In this document: in pieces, positions 25,646 to 40,031 of the stretch | Layout: each line of letters opens with the position of its first letter | Numbering within the stretch: position 1 is the stretch's first letter | Assembly (NCBI GenBank): GCA_951406725.2 | Contig: OX597815.1 | Coordinates: 21,266,001-21,330,000, forward strand | Direction: 5' to 3' | Source of the DNA: Octopus vulgaris | Taxonomy: Eukaryota | DNA length: 64,000 nt | Program-made: the position numbers and the translations under genes | Notes under the pieces: model-generated | What the model saw: the letters and a program-made list of their open reading frames with translations, nothing else | Database searches by the model: none | What the model was told of the DNA's origin: nothing

Positions 25646-27471
25646 CTGTAAATATATGTTAGTATATAAATGAATGTGTGTGTGGGGGGAGGGGGTTAAG
25701 AAGCTTGCTTTCCAATCATATCGTCTTGGGTTTAGTCACATTGCATAGCACCTTGGACGAATATCTTCTACTGTAGCCCTGGGCTGACCAAAGTCTTGCA
25801 ATAGAAGCATTCATTACCCTCAAAAATTGTTTCAGAACATCAGTGACATAATCAGATGACACATCTCTAATTGAAAGACCAGTGATGAATAATGAAGAAC
25901 ATTTCATTTGTGAAAATACTTGTCATACTATGTTATAATACTATGTTATATACTATAATACTATGTTAATTCACCAACTTTGGTTAGTGATTACAACATT
26001 GGGTAAATTTGGAATCTCTTGATCTTGTGGGAGGGTAGTTACTTCTGCACAAGAACACTTCATCCCTATGTTGCATCATTACCAATAGCTACACTCTGGG
26101 CAAGGAGATTCAAATCCACCTAAAATAGATCTCTGTAGTCTTTGGAAGGCTCAAAACTAAAGTTCACTTTGGAAGTTTTGTTATTAGAGAGGACTGATTA
26201 ACAGGAGAAAAACTCTCAGCACTAAAAATAGAAGCAAGAAAAGAAGTATTCAGAGTAGTAGTTGGCCTCTCCAGCAGATCAAAAACTGTGACATACAGTC
26301 ACCAAACAATTAACTAACGAAAAGGTAAGATGGTCATCACCAAATCTGATGTATTACAATAAGCATATATCAACTGCAAGTAGGTCATGTCATTAAGATG
26401 TTCGCTTTGCAATCATGTGGTTTCAGGCTTAGTCCTTGGCACCTATAGCCCCAGGGTGACCCAAAGCCATGAGTGAGTTTGGTAAACTAAAGCTGTAGGA
26501 AACCTGCTGTAGAGTGCAGTCATGGATGGATGGATGTCTACTTGACACTGTTTCAACAAATCATTAACACTGTTTAAATTTCTTGTTGACATTAGATTCA
26601 GCTATCCTGCACACAAAAAAAGATTTGTGGAACAAAAGAACACCTTACTTGAAAATCAGATAAGGGTGGTGACCTTAAAATCCTGCCTTAATTATGTCCA
26701 TGTCTAACCCAGACAAACGAATATATATATACACACACACTGTACCAGTGGCATGTGTAAAAAGATTCGAGCAAGGTCATTGCCAGTACTGCCTGACTGG
26801 CCCCGTGCAGGTGGCATGTAAAAGGCACCCACTACACTCTCGGAGTGGTTGGCGTTAGGAAGGGCATCTAGCTGTAGAAACTCTGCCAAATCAAGATTGG
26901 AGCCTGGTGCAGCCATCTGGTTCACCAGCCCTCAGTCAAAATCGTCCAACCCATGCTAGCATGGAAAGTGGACGTTAAACGATGATGATGATGATGATGA
27001 CACACAAAATACATTTGAAGTAATCCAAGCAAGCTAATCCAAAGAGAGAGAGAGAGAGAGAGAGCTGACTAACTAGATAGATAGATAGATAGACTTACAA
27101 GGTAGCTTGTTTCAACAGCTTTTCTTCCTTTATATGTTTTATTTATTAAGGTTTTGGTAGAGACAGGGAAACAAAACCCATTCCCTGACCATTTTACTTA
27201 TAAACAATGCAAGGAATTTTAAGTAGTCTTTACAGATATTAATTAACCCTTCTGATACTAACTCACCTAAAACTGCTGTTGGTCCTGATACAAACTTCCT
27301 GTTTTAAAATGATTTAAATTAAAACCTTTCGTCAAAATTTCATGTAAATTTATGCTCTAAACACCAACAAACAAAAACGGCTCAAAAAAGGAATGTAACT
27401 ATGTAGTTACATTAAGAAGTCTGCTTCACAACTACATTGTTTCATATCATATTCAATCCCACTATACTGTT

Positions 27472-27755
27472 GCCTGACTCATAAGGGCCAGTTTCCCGAT
27501 TTCTTGGCATATATGTTTCCCACCTAGACAGGACACCAGTCCATCATAGGTGAGCTGCAAGATGCAGGAGGAAAGAATGAGAGAAAGTTGTGGCAAAAGA
27601 GTCAGCAGAAGTTTCGCCATTACCTTCTGCTGGAGCTGCATGGAGCTTAGGTGTTTCGCTCATAAACACACACATCGTCCGGTCTGAGATTCGAACCCGC
27701 GATCCCTCAACTGCGAGTCCACTGCTCTAACCACTAGGCCATGTGTCTCCACGAC
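27472..27755 (-). mobile_element. tRNA-derived SINE family 4 with a V-domain-like segment
   Basis: A box tggcctagtggttagagc and B box ggttcgaatc; 3' part ctatgatggactggtgtcctgtctaggtg. Confidence 0.75.
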
Positions 27756-28789
27756 ACTGTTATCTTGAGCAAGCATTTTCTACTACAGCCTGTGTTGACC
27801 AAAACAAAATTTGCAAGACAGAAACTGTGTGGAAGCCTGAGGAAAGAAGTATTTCTGTTCTTGGGTGGTAAATTTAAGAGAGTACACTATGTGTTCAGTA
27901 TTCAGGCTAGATCTCTGACCTTATGATAACTTCTTCCTTTTCTCTCTCCTTCTTGAGAGGCCCTGAAAAGGGTTATTAGTGATACCCTTCCTCTCCTGAC
28001 TAAGCCATGCAAAAAGTTTTATTTTCTCTTGTGAAATTTTGAACATATATACCAGCTGTTGTTGGCAAGATCTCAACAAATCAATATTAGGAATTGGCAA
28101 GATCTCAACAAATCAATATTAGGAATATCTGTCAAATAGAAATAAGTAGATACTTGAATGTAATTTTTCATGAACATGTTACTAAAATATATCTTATAGA
28201 GATTTTATTTGTTACATTTATGTATACGCTTTACGCTTTTACTTGTTTCAGTCATTTGACTGTGGCCATGCTGGAGCACCGCCTTTAGTCGAGCAAAATC
28301 AACCCCGGGGCTTATTCTTTGTAAGCTCAGTACTTATTCTATCGGTCTCTTTTTTGCCGAACCGCTAAGTTACAGGGACGTAAACACACCAGCATCGGTT
28401 GTCAAGCAATGCTAGGGGGACAAACACACACACACAAACACACACACATATATACATATATACGACAGGCTTCTTTCAGTTTCCGTCTACCAAATCCACT
28501 CACAAGGCATTGGTCGGCCCGGGGCTATAGCAGAAGACACTTGCCCAAGATGCCACGCAGTGGGACTGCGTGGAATCTTGGGCAAGTGTCTTCTGCTATG
28601 TATGCGCATGATAACTCACACTTTCAATTTCTTCATATTTTGATATTTTAGTATATAAAAAACATAAACAGTTATTAATTCACAAACCAGGCGACATTCA
28701 AAGAAAGGCATTGAAGAAATTAACAGATGTTACTGTCAGGTATGTTGTGCAAGAGATACAAAGGCAAAGTGGGCTGTAACATGACTTAA

Positions 28790-29009
28790 CCCTTTTGTTA
28801 CTGTATTTCTGTTGAGATGCTCTGTGTTTCTTTCAATAACTTTAAATATAACAAAGAATTTAGTAAAATAACTTAGTTATCATTAAGCTAGTGTTAGGAA
28901 CATAAATTGTGACTAAGGTTTGGTGGAAGATTTTAACAGAAAACTTATGAAAACAAGACATTTGTATTCAGAACCAGAGCCGGTTTCAGCCGGGTTGGTA
29001 ACGAAAGGG
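28790..29009. mobile_element. Second piggyBac-type MITE family
   Basis: ttaa|cccttttgttac ... gtaacgaaaggg|ttaa. Confidence 0.82.
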
Positions 29010-29090
29010 TTAATAATAATAATGATAATAATAATAATAATAAAATATTGGTACTTATGTGTGTGTACATGCATGCACATACACACATAT

Positions 29091-29133
<43 letters not shown>

Positions 29134-30199
29134 TGCACACAAACACACGTGTGAATGTCCTTGCTTCTAATCATGATAATGTTAGTCTGTGTGCGTATAA
29201 ATTAGCCTTTGTGTATGTGCTTTAGTTTTGTACGTGTATATATGTCAGCCTTTGTGTGGGCATTTTGAGAGTAACAAAGCTAATAGCCCAAACAGAAAAG
29301 CCGTCTTGAAATAAAGAGCTAAGATGTGATTAATAAAGTTAAAATAGTATATTTTGTAAGTTAATGATTGATAAGTAGATATAAGCAAAACAAGATTTCT
29401 GAAGCGATGAAAGCGTTTAGTGTGGGTGGAGTAAGCAGTGAAACAGGATAGGCATGTTAGAGTAATTCACTGAAACAGGATAGGCATGTTAGAGTAATTC
29501 ACTGAAAAGAAGAGGCATGGAACGGAATTTACTTGACTGAAATAAATATATACAAAGAAGCAGGGATTGTATTTTTATCTTTTAGTATAAAGAGGACGGG
29601 CAATGTCCATAACCACTTGAGGTGCTGTTTGAAGTATGAAGAATTTAGAATTAGATGTGACAAGTTCAGTTAACCCTTTAGCATTCCAACCGGCCATATC
29701 CTGCCAAAAGTATTCTACCTGTTTTATGTTCAAACTGACCAGATCTGGTCTCTCACACCAACCCCACAATATCGTTTGAAAAATTAACAGCTACCTCATC
29801 AAAATCTCATGGCTACAAGATAATGCATGATTAGTTCAAAACAATGTGGATAAAAAAGCATTAATTTTGGCAGAATAATGCAAACACTAAAGGGTTAAAT
29901 ATTTATTTGAATTGTTGGAAATTGGTGGTTGAAAAGAAAAAAAAAAAAGGGAAGAGTGATCAACAAAATAATTGTGAAAGGATGAAGAAGGATTATGTAA
30001 AGTGAATAGTAAAGTGAAATGTGACTAAGGAATAACTGCAGTGGAGATGAAGTAGATACAAGCAGTTGTAAGGTTAAGACAAGGAATGCCTACTAATATA
30101 AACTAAAGTTCAACTCTGATCATTCTTTAGCAGACAAATGTGTTACAATTTCCTTCTGTCAACAGCAATTATTTATCCTTTTTTTTTTTGATATTAACC

Positions 30200-30480
30200 A
30201 CCAATGCTGGTCAGACCTGGCTGCAGACCATGATGTCTGGCACCACATGATCTTCAATGCAGTCAGCAAGTTTGAGGAACAAAGAAGAGACACACTTAAA
30301 GACAAGAGATGCAAGAGGAAGGTACGAGCCACCTCTGAGACCACACCGGATGTTACCTTCGTCTGTGGACACTGCTCACGGCCCTGCTTTTCCCATATCG
30401 GATTTGTCAGTCATGAGCGTGCATGCACGCAACGTGGACAGCCTTCCTGATCTTCGTTCGCGAAGCCGAGCCACGATAAT
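30200..30480 (+). mobile_element. RTE-clade LINE 3' end with C-terminal zinc-finger-like motif
   Basis: WSDLAADHDVW...FVCGHCSRPCFSHIGFVSHERAC, then a stop and a short 3' UTR. Confidence 0.72.
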
Positions 30481-33400
30481 TTTTTTTTCCGGAATGTCTA
30501 ATAAATATGTCAAAGTATTTGAGAGAAGACTTACTGCCATTGCCTTCTTCAAGTAAGCATATAGTCTAACATTGTATCTCTCTTTCAAAAGTATCTTGTC
30601 TATCTGCCCAAATGCCTTGTTTAAAACAATATGCAAACGTACGTCTATGGTTTACTCCTGGCTTACCTATCATCATCATCATCATCATCATCGTTTAATG
30701 TCCACTTTCCATGGTCTGGGAAGCCAGGAGGCTGCAACAGGCTCCAGTCTGATCTGGCAGTATTTCTACAGCTGGATGCCCTTCCTAACACCAACCACTC
30801 CATGATTGTAGTGGGTGCTTTTTACGTGCCAGGGGAGGCTGGCAACGGCCACAATCAGTTGGTGCTTTTTACGTGCCACCAGCAACTATCACTAAAAAAA
30901 AAATATAGTCTACGATTAATTTTGTCTACGTGCATGTATGTGTGTGCATATCTTAAAATGGATTTTGTTTTTACTTGCAGCAGCAGAAGAAGAGCAGTGC
31001 CCAAGACCTTCACAAGCCTTCCACAAGATCCAAAACATGGAATAGCTGTGAGAGATTGGCCTATACTTATCATTGGATACTTTTAAAGTCTCTGCCCATA
31101 CAATTAGTATGAGTTCGGTGTGTGGTGAATAAGTTTCAAGTGTTTCATGCATGGTTAGAGAAAGTTAGGAAAGAATGACAAGTAGTCTCATTTGTACAAG
31201 AGTGGATGGCGTTGGTGGTGACAACAAATAAATTATTAATGTATGGCACATAAAAAGCACCATTTGAGCATGATTGATGTCAGTGCCGCCTGATTAGTAC
31301 CCATGCCAGTGGCACATAAAAAGCACCATTTGAGCATGGTCGATGCCAGTGCTGCCTGACTGGACCTCATGCTGGTGGCACATAAAAAGAATCTGCTACA
31401 CTCTTGGAGTAGTTGGCGTTAGGAAGAGCATCCAGTTGTAGAAACCTTGCCAAATCAGATTGGAGCCTGGTGCAGCCTCTCGGCTTGCCAGTCCTCAGTC
31501 AAACCATCCAATTCATGCCAGCATGGAAAGTGAATGTTAAACATTAAGATGATGATGATGAAGGATGAGAGTAGAGGACAAACCCAAACCTGAGAGTTCC
31601 ATCAAAATATGTAATGATAGTAGAATTTAATAGGCAACTACCAATCCTAGAGGTAAGTGATAAGGGAAGCTCATAAGTGGCTAGTTTTAATAGCAGATTC
31701 ACATGCCACACAGTCAAAAGCTTTGCTAATGTCAATATGACATTATTTTCACTATATTGCTCCAAAGCAATACAGTGACAGATGAGTGACAGAGGAGAAT
31801 AGTTCGCCTGTACATATAGCTGTATGGAAACTGCACTGACGATCATTAGGAACAGAGATTCAAAGTGTTGGAAGATGTTAATAGCTATTTCCATCACCTT
31901 AGCTATATTAGAAGTGAATGCAACAAGGGGGATAATTGTCAGGATCAGAGTATTTGGGGGGAATGGGACACACCACAGGGGCTAGATCTGGAGCACAATG
32001 TTTAAGGATAATAGAAGAGACACACCCTCAGGACTAATATTCTTGTTGATTCCAACTGGCTTCTGTGCCGGTGGCATGTAAAAGGGCACCGTTCGAGCGT
32101 GATCATTACGAACGTCGCCTTACTGGTACCTGTGCTGGTGGCATGTGTAAAAAGATTCGAGCGAGGTCATTGCCAGTACCGCCTGACTGGTCCCCGTGCC
32201 GGTGGCACGTAAAAAGCACCCACTACACTCTCGGAGTGGTTGGCATTAGGAAGGGCATCCAGCCGTAGAAACTCTGCCAGATCAAGACTGGAGCCTGGTG
32301 CAGCCATCTGGTTTGCCAGTCTTCAGTCAAAATCGTCCAACCCATGCTAGCAGGGAAAGCGGACGTTAAACAATGACGATGATGATGATGATTCAAAGTG
32401 ACCAAAGGTACTTTCATACTTGGTAAGTGTGCATACAAGTTAGTGAACCTAGACAGGTAGAAAGGGACAGAACTGGAGTAGAATTGCTAAGTTCATGCAG
32501 TGTGGGGTTGGCTGCTAAGTGGACAGTTTCAATACGTCCCTTGCACATCGTCCCCCAATTTTCTCATCTATCCTCCTTCCTGAACCACTTCTATATTTCT
32601 CACCTCACTTCACCCCATTCCACATTAATATTTCCTATCAACCACCACACCTCTACCCCTATACTTCATTCACAATATTCACCACTACCCTCATCTCTAA
32701 CCATCTGTTACCCTGCACTGACACTCTAATGGAATTACTCGCCCTCGCCGCCACCCCCACTGTCCACATTCTTTTTATTTTGAGTGCTAGTGGAACACTA
32801 AGAGCACCATCCGAGCGTGATCGTTGCCAAAGGGGCTAACTGGCGATCGTGCCGGTGGCACGTAAAAAGCACCATTCGAGCGTGATCGTTACCAGTGTCG
32901 CCTTACTGGAACTTGTGCCAGAGTACAGGTGACACGTCAAAAAAAAACACGATTTTCCATGACCATTGCCAGTACCGCCTGACTGGCCCTCGTGCCGGTG
33001 GCATGTAAAAGCACCCACTACACTCTCAGAGTGGTTGGCATTAGGAAGGGCATCCAGTTGTAGAAACTCTACCAAATCAAGATTGGCGCCTGGTGCGGCC
33101 GTCTGGTTTGCCAGTCCTCAGTCAAATCGTCCAACCCATGCTAGCATGGAAAGCGAACGTTAAATGATGATGATGATGATGCTCTGAAATTTCATCACCA
33201 CCATCTCTATTTTCTTTCCAGCTATCCAACACATACTGTAAAGTGGTTGGTATTAGGAAGAGTCTCCAGCTGTAGAAACTATGCCAAAGCCAATAATGGA
33301 GCTCAATGCAGTCCTTCAGCTTGTAGAATCCTGTCAACCCATCCAACCAGCACAGAAAATGAACACTAAATGCTGCTACAGCTGACGATGAATATTCCAG

Positions 33401-34380
33401 TGAATAGACTCTATTCATGAAATCAAGGAAGTATTTAATTCACAACTATGTTGGTTTGGACATGTAATGCATATGAATGAGGCCAGCTGCATAAAGAAGT
33501 GCCTGTCTCTGAAAGTGGATGGTACTTGTGGAAGAGGGAGACCCGGAAAGACATGGGATGAAGTGATAAGGAACAATCTCAAGACATTGACTCTCATGGA
33601 GGAAACGACAATAGAACAAGGTGTCTGGTAATATGAGGCTCTTGAGAAGGCCTGCCCACATTAGCAATACTGAGTTCTAGAAATGCTGTGTGCCCCACCC
33701 ACCCACACTTAACAAGAAAACTTCTCACTCATCCTACCACAACAAACCAAACTATATCTCTATATCTCTTCTCTTCCTTGCATTTACACATCATGCACTA
33801 TGCTTAACTCCTACTCCGCAATCCTGTCCTCTTGGATCTGTCTCACTGTATCATACCATTGCTATTCACTAGCCCCCAACCTGTGTGTTCCACCCACACA
33901 CAAGAAAATTTTTCATACACCTTACCCCAACGAACCAATCTACATCTCTGCATCTCTTCCTCACATTTCCTCCTTCATGCACAATGCCAACCTCTCACTC
34001 CTCAATCCTGTCCTCATGGCCCTGTTTCTCTGTATCATTGCTATCCAGCAGCCCACACACACACACACATTATATATATATACCCAGGTTTTCACCAGCC
34101 CTCTGCACTCTCTAATCCTGCTCCTTTCACAATATCCCGCCACTTATATTACGACCTTTGAACCTCAAGAGTATGCTCTGACACTTGCCACCATCTATAT
34201 ATCTCTTCCTTTACTCAACCATCCCATTTATATTCTGATCCCCATCCATTGTGAGGTTGCTCGGCACTTTGCCACCATCTATATCCTGCTATCTCCCACT
34301 CTCTCTCTCCATCTCCTGCAATTCTCTCAGGTTGGGTAACCATATATCTCCTTACAACAGCACACCTATTTCTATCTTCA

Positions 34381-34385
<5 letters not shown>

Positions 34386-34451
<66 letters not shown>

Positions 34452-34468
34452 CCTCTCTCTCTCTCTCT
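34386..34468. repeat. (CT)n microsatellite
   Basis: Direct inspection. Confidence 0.97.
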
Positions 34469-35808
34469 GGCTGGGTAACCTTGTACCTCCTCTACAGCAA
34501 GGCCCCTGTTTCTGTCTCTCTGTCTCAATGTAGCCTTTCATCATCTAGCACAAGATCACCTCCTCCAATGCCCCCTCTCCTCACAAATGATTTTTGTCTT
34601 GCAAGTTACTTGGTGACCCTGTCAGTGCAAGTGCCACTGAAAAAGCATCCAGTCCACAATGTAAAGTGGTTGGTGTTTGGAAGGGCATCCAGCAGTAAAA
34701 ACCTTGCCAAAACTGACCTCGCCTGTGCTTGTGCCACGTAAAAAGCACTAAGTCCACTCTGCTGAGTGGTTGGTGTTAGGAAGGGCATCCAGCTGTAAAA
34801 GTCCTGCGAAAACAGTTACAGATGTCTGGTGCAGGCTTCTGCCTGAGCAGCTCCTGGCAAATCAGCCCACCTATACCAGCATGGAAGGCAGATGTTAAAC
34901 GATGATGATAATGATGACAAAAGTAAAAAATTATTTATTTCCTTGTTTTCAGGAATTAAACAATTCCTTGACTTCATGAATAGGATCAGTTGACTAAAAT
35001 ATCAAAAATGAATCACGGAGTGGCTACACTCACGGAGTGGTTGGCATTAGGAAGGGCATCCAGCTGTAGAAACACTGCCAGATCAGACTGGAGCTTGGTG
35101 CAGCCTTCTGGCTTCCCAGATCCCCGGTCGAACCGTCCAACCCATGCTAGCATGGAGAACGGACGTTAAACGATGATGATGATGAATGGTTTTCAAAATG
35201 CACTGACACTATTTTCTAAAATTCATCCTTATCCTTATACCTATCTTATAATGCTTCTAAAATGTTTGACCAAAATCATATATATCATCATCTTCATCAT
35301 CATCATTTAACGCCTGTTTTCCAGAGAAAAGATAAACAGAAAATAGACACACATGTACATATACACACATATATACATGTGATATTAGTTTCAAATTTTG
35401 ACACAAGGCAGGCAATTTTGGGGGAGGAGGTACGTCAATTACAGTGACCCCAATGCTCAACTGGTACTTATGTTACTGACCCCAAAAGGGTGAAAGACAA
35501 AATCGCCTTCAGTGAGTTTGAACTCAGAACATAAAGACAGACAAAATACTGCCAAGAATTTTAACCAGTGTGCTAACAATTCTGTCAGCTTGCTGCCTCA
35601 CATATATAATGACATTGGTAAACCATTCTATTTTGTAGGCATAAAAATATCATCTTAGTGCATTAGCTGTACCAAGGAACTCAAAGAAATAGGAAAAATT
35701 CATGTTTCTGAGTGGAAGATGGGGAGAGAGAGAGAGTGTGTGTACTTATTTATTTCATTACTTTCATCATCGTTTAACGTCCGTTTTCCATGCTAGCATG
35801 GGTTAGAC

Positions 35809-36011
35809 CAGTGCTTTTCAAACTTTTTGCTGGAGCGGAACCCCAAGGAAACATTCCACTGGCTCGAGGAATCCCTGTGCAATAATTTAATAGTCTTATG
35901 CACACATATCTGCACAGGAGAATTAAAAATTACTGCCGATTTTAGCAGTTTTGTAACTTCTTGCGGAACCCCTGGACTGTACTGGCGGAACCCTGGTTGA
36001 AAAAACCACTG
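35809..36011. mobile_element. hAT (Charlie-like) MITE nested in a family-3 repeat
   Basis: cagtgcttttcaa...ttgaaaaaaccactg termini; 8-bp TSD ggttagac splits the host repeat. Confidence 0.88.
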
Positions 36012-39000
36012 GGTTAGACGGTTCAGCTGGGGTCTGGGAAGCCAGAAGGCTGCACCAGGCTCCAGTCTGATCTGGCAGTGTTTCAGATGTTAGTAAAATA
36101 GAGAAAGCATTATGCAAAGCTGAATTCTATTATAGATTCCATCAGTCATAACAAGTGGAATAATATATATTCCCATAGGCTACGTTTTTTTGCAGATGTT
36201 TACAATAGTGTGATCAAAAAAAAAAAATTAAATTTACTCTGCAATAACAAAGCAAACAGCAAATAATTTGTGTTCAACAAGCGTAGTTATGTTAGGAATT
36301 AGTAACTTAACGAGAAGGTTAAACTTTGAAAGTGGGGTTGACTGACACAAAGTGTTATTGCGTAAATTGTTCAGGAAACAGTAATGGTGGCGCTGTGACT
36401 GAGGAGAGGGATAAAAGGGTGGGCATTTGAACAAACATGCGATTTCAGGTCACTTACAACTTTCTAGGGAATTCTGCTAAATATTTTTGAAATAAACCTA
36501 TAAAGAAAAAGGTTAAAAGAGAAAAACAAAAAGAAACAAGGAAAAGTAATTATATCATTATAAGTGAAACAGAAAACAAAATTGAATGACACTTGAATAA
36601 CAACGAACATCAATTAACACAGAAGTCATTATCAATGATGATACAAACTACTCACAAATATGAGGAAGGTCCGATTTGTTTTTTTGTTTATTTTTTTGTT
36701 TATTTTTTTGTTTATTTTTTTTTAACTTTTAAACAATGGCCAAGTGTTTAAGTTTACCAGACTGTTGAATAAATGGATCAAGCTTTTGTACTGTGAGGGA
36801 ACAAAGCATTGTATTGTTGTTAATTTTGTTTGGGACTCAGTTCAGCCTTGTCAAGTAGAATCATGAAAAATGACTTCCTGATCATGACAGTACCATTTTT
36901 TTTTTTTTTTTTAATATAGTATACCACCGCCATAACTGGCTCCTGTGCCGGTGGCACGTAAAAAGCACCCACTACACTCATGGAGTGATTGGCGTTAGGA
37001 AGGGCATCCAGCTGTAGAAACACTGCCAGATCAGACTGGAGCCTGGTGCAGTCTCCTGGCTTCCCAGACCCCAGTTGAACTGTCCAACCCATGCTAGCAT
37101 GGGAAACGGACATTAAACGATGATGATAATATACCTAGAATTACATAATTCAGTATGTTCTTCCTTAGGTAGGACATGTTGGATAAGATCTGAGGGAGAT
37201 TTGGTTGCTATCTCTAGCAAATGATCTGAGGGAGATTTGGTTGCTATTTCTAGCAAATGAAACGATCATATAGAGACCCACTTAGCTCACAATGATAGCA
37301 GTGGTGATAGTTTCTAAGTAGAGTCAGCTAGAGTCAAAATGTCATGAAAGAACTATTGAAGTGACATTCAGAAGCAACCGACAGATTTAGCATTTATTTT
37401 ACTGTCTTGAAGTATTACAGCCCACCATAGCAGAGATGGACAGGATGATATTAGTTAGAATGAAATAACTAAGAAGCTTCTGGATTTATTAAAAGAGATA
37501 AGTAACCTAAGAGATTTAGGGCCAAGAATGATAATTGATTGTCTGAGCTAGTGGTTCTCCATTGGGACCTATATGGCCCTCGGGGGTCCATATAAGATTC
37601 TTTTTGCTAAAATGTATGCACAATTAATTTAATTGCTAATACATATAAAACACACAAAATATTTTAGCAATTTTTTTATACAATTCCTAATGACCATCAT
37701 CATCATCGTTTAACGTCCGCTTTCCATGCTAGCATGGGTTGGACGATTTGACTGAGGGCTGGCAAACCAGATGGCTGCACCAGGCTCCAATCTTGATCTG
37801 GCAGAGTTTCTACAGCTGGATGCCCTTCCTAACGCCAACCACTCCGAGAGTGTAGTGGGTGCTTTTACGTGCCACCGGCACAGGGGCCGGTCAAGTGGTA
37901 TTGGCAACAGGCGGTAATGATATTTAATTATAAAAATATAAAAGGATTTTTTACACACTGAATGGCTATGATGGTGCACCCAAGTAAAACTGTAATTAAA
38001 GGGGTCCATAGGTAAAAAATGGTTGCAAACAATCAATGGTTTATATAGTTGCTCAAAATGCTGGAAATGGGAACCAAATTTCCTTCAAAGTCGCAGTGGC
38101 TACTTTGTCCAAGTTATATGTTTTAAGTTTGACTCAAACATAAGAGACAGTAAATGGTGTTATGATAATGTCCTGGTGGGTTGCTAATGTATCTACATAT
38201 TTGATAGAGATTATGTCATTCCAGGGCATGCATGGAAATAAAAGAAAAATGTTAAGGTAAATAGGCACAGACATGGTAGTGTGGTAAGAAGTTAGCTTCT
38301 TAACTACATGGTTCCAGGTTCAGTCCCACTGCATGGCACCTTGGGCAAGAGTCTTTTATTATAACCCAGAGCCAATGGAAGCTATGTAAGTGGATATTGG
38401 TTGATGGAAACTGAAAGAAGCCTGCTGTATACATGCACATGTATGTATGCATGCTTGCATGCCTCACTATCTCCTTATCTTCATATTGTGCAATAGTTGT
38501 AAATGAGTATACCCATCATGCAAAGTGTCCTTTGCAACCAATCTTCCATGAAAAAAAGGCCAATCATAGATAAATATTACTTTATTTGGAAACAGGTGAG
38601 AATCGGCAACAGGAAGGGTATCCAGCCATAGAAAATCCACCTCAACAAATCCCATCCAACCCATGCAAGCATAGCAAAGCAAATGTTAAAACAATGATGA
38701 TGATGAAATATAACATAAAACCTACAAAAGTTATAAAGTGTCAGTGTTTAACTTTCGTTAAATAGCACGAAGCAGATGAGATACACTTCTACCAAGATAA
38801 GATGCTAGTATTTGCTGGTAACATTTCCAGACCTACCATTTATTTTTAATAGCTAAGTGAACTCACATGGAGTATAATGAATTGTTTTGTTCAAATAACA
38901 GAAATATATAAATTTTCATAAATTTATATATTATTGGGTGCAAATGGTATTTGTTCACAATTTTCAGCTTCTAATTTCGCATATATTTTTTTTTACTTTT

Positions 39001-39053
39001 GTTTTTAGTTTTTTTCTTAAAAACAGTATTTTTGCATTATTGCTTTAGAGAAT

Positions 39054-39092
<39 letters not shown>

Positions 39093-39679
39093 TGTTTAGC
39101 GTCCGCTTCCCATGCTAGCATAGGTTGGACGGTTCAACTGGGGTCTGGGAAGCCAGAAGGCTGCACCAGGCCCAGTCTGATCTGGCAATGTTTCTACGGC
39201 TGGATGCCCTTCCTAATGCCAACCACTCCGTGAGTGTAGTGGGTGCTTTTTATGTACTACCGGCACAGGTGCCAGACGAGGCTGGCAAATGGCCACGATC
39301 GGATGGTGATTTTTACGTGCCGCCGGTACGGAGGCCAGTCGGGGCGGTGCTGGCACCGGCCACATTCGGATGGTTCTCTTACATGCCACCAGCACTGGTA
39401 TCACAGCTACAATTTCCATTGATGTTGATCGATTTTGATTTTGATTTTGATTTTCACTTGCCTCAACAGGTCTTTGCAATCGACTAGGAAAAATTTTGAA
39501 CACCACCACCCCTCACCAATTTGTGGAAGAGATATGATGTCTTCCTTGGAATCCATGCCAGAAGCACAAACAAGGATATTTCAGGCTTCCTCGATGTCAG
39601 CAGAAGGATGGTGGAAAAGGTGAGAAATGAGCTAAAAGAGTCAAGATTTGACTACAAGGCAATCAGCAGAGAAAACCCC

Positions 39680-40031
39680 GGCATGCTAACGTTTCTGCCA
39701 GCTCACCGCCTTCTGTCATGTATGCAACGCTGCTACATACATACTTCTTCACTCCTGCTCCAGAGCGTCGGCTGCAGGGTCACTCCGAAAAGCTCTATCA
39801 GCGACGATTTCATCTCAATCGAAGGAGAGGGGCTTTCTCCGTCCGGGTTGCAGATCCGTGGAATAAGCTGCCGGACGAGATAGTGAAGATGCCGACGACC
39901 ACTCGGTTCAAAGTCTCCCTTGACCACAAATGGCCTGAACTCTTTACATGAACACCACCCTGTACATAACTCCATGTCCCCCTACATGGCCTTGCTTTTT
40001 GCTTTTTGAGCCAAAAAATGAACTAACTAAC
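39680..40031 (+). mobile_element. CR1-clade LINE 3' end
   Basis: RLQGHSEKLYQRRFHLNRRRGAFSVRVADPWNKLPDEIV...FKVSLD; (AACT)n tail; relatively CpG-rich, so probably young. Confidence 0.8.

Noticed and set aside
27680-27755. tRNA-like sequence (also the heads of SINE families 1 and 2)
   Set aside because: A/B boxes are present, but there is no proper acceptor stem and the sequence continues into a SINE body; not tRNA genes.
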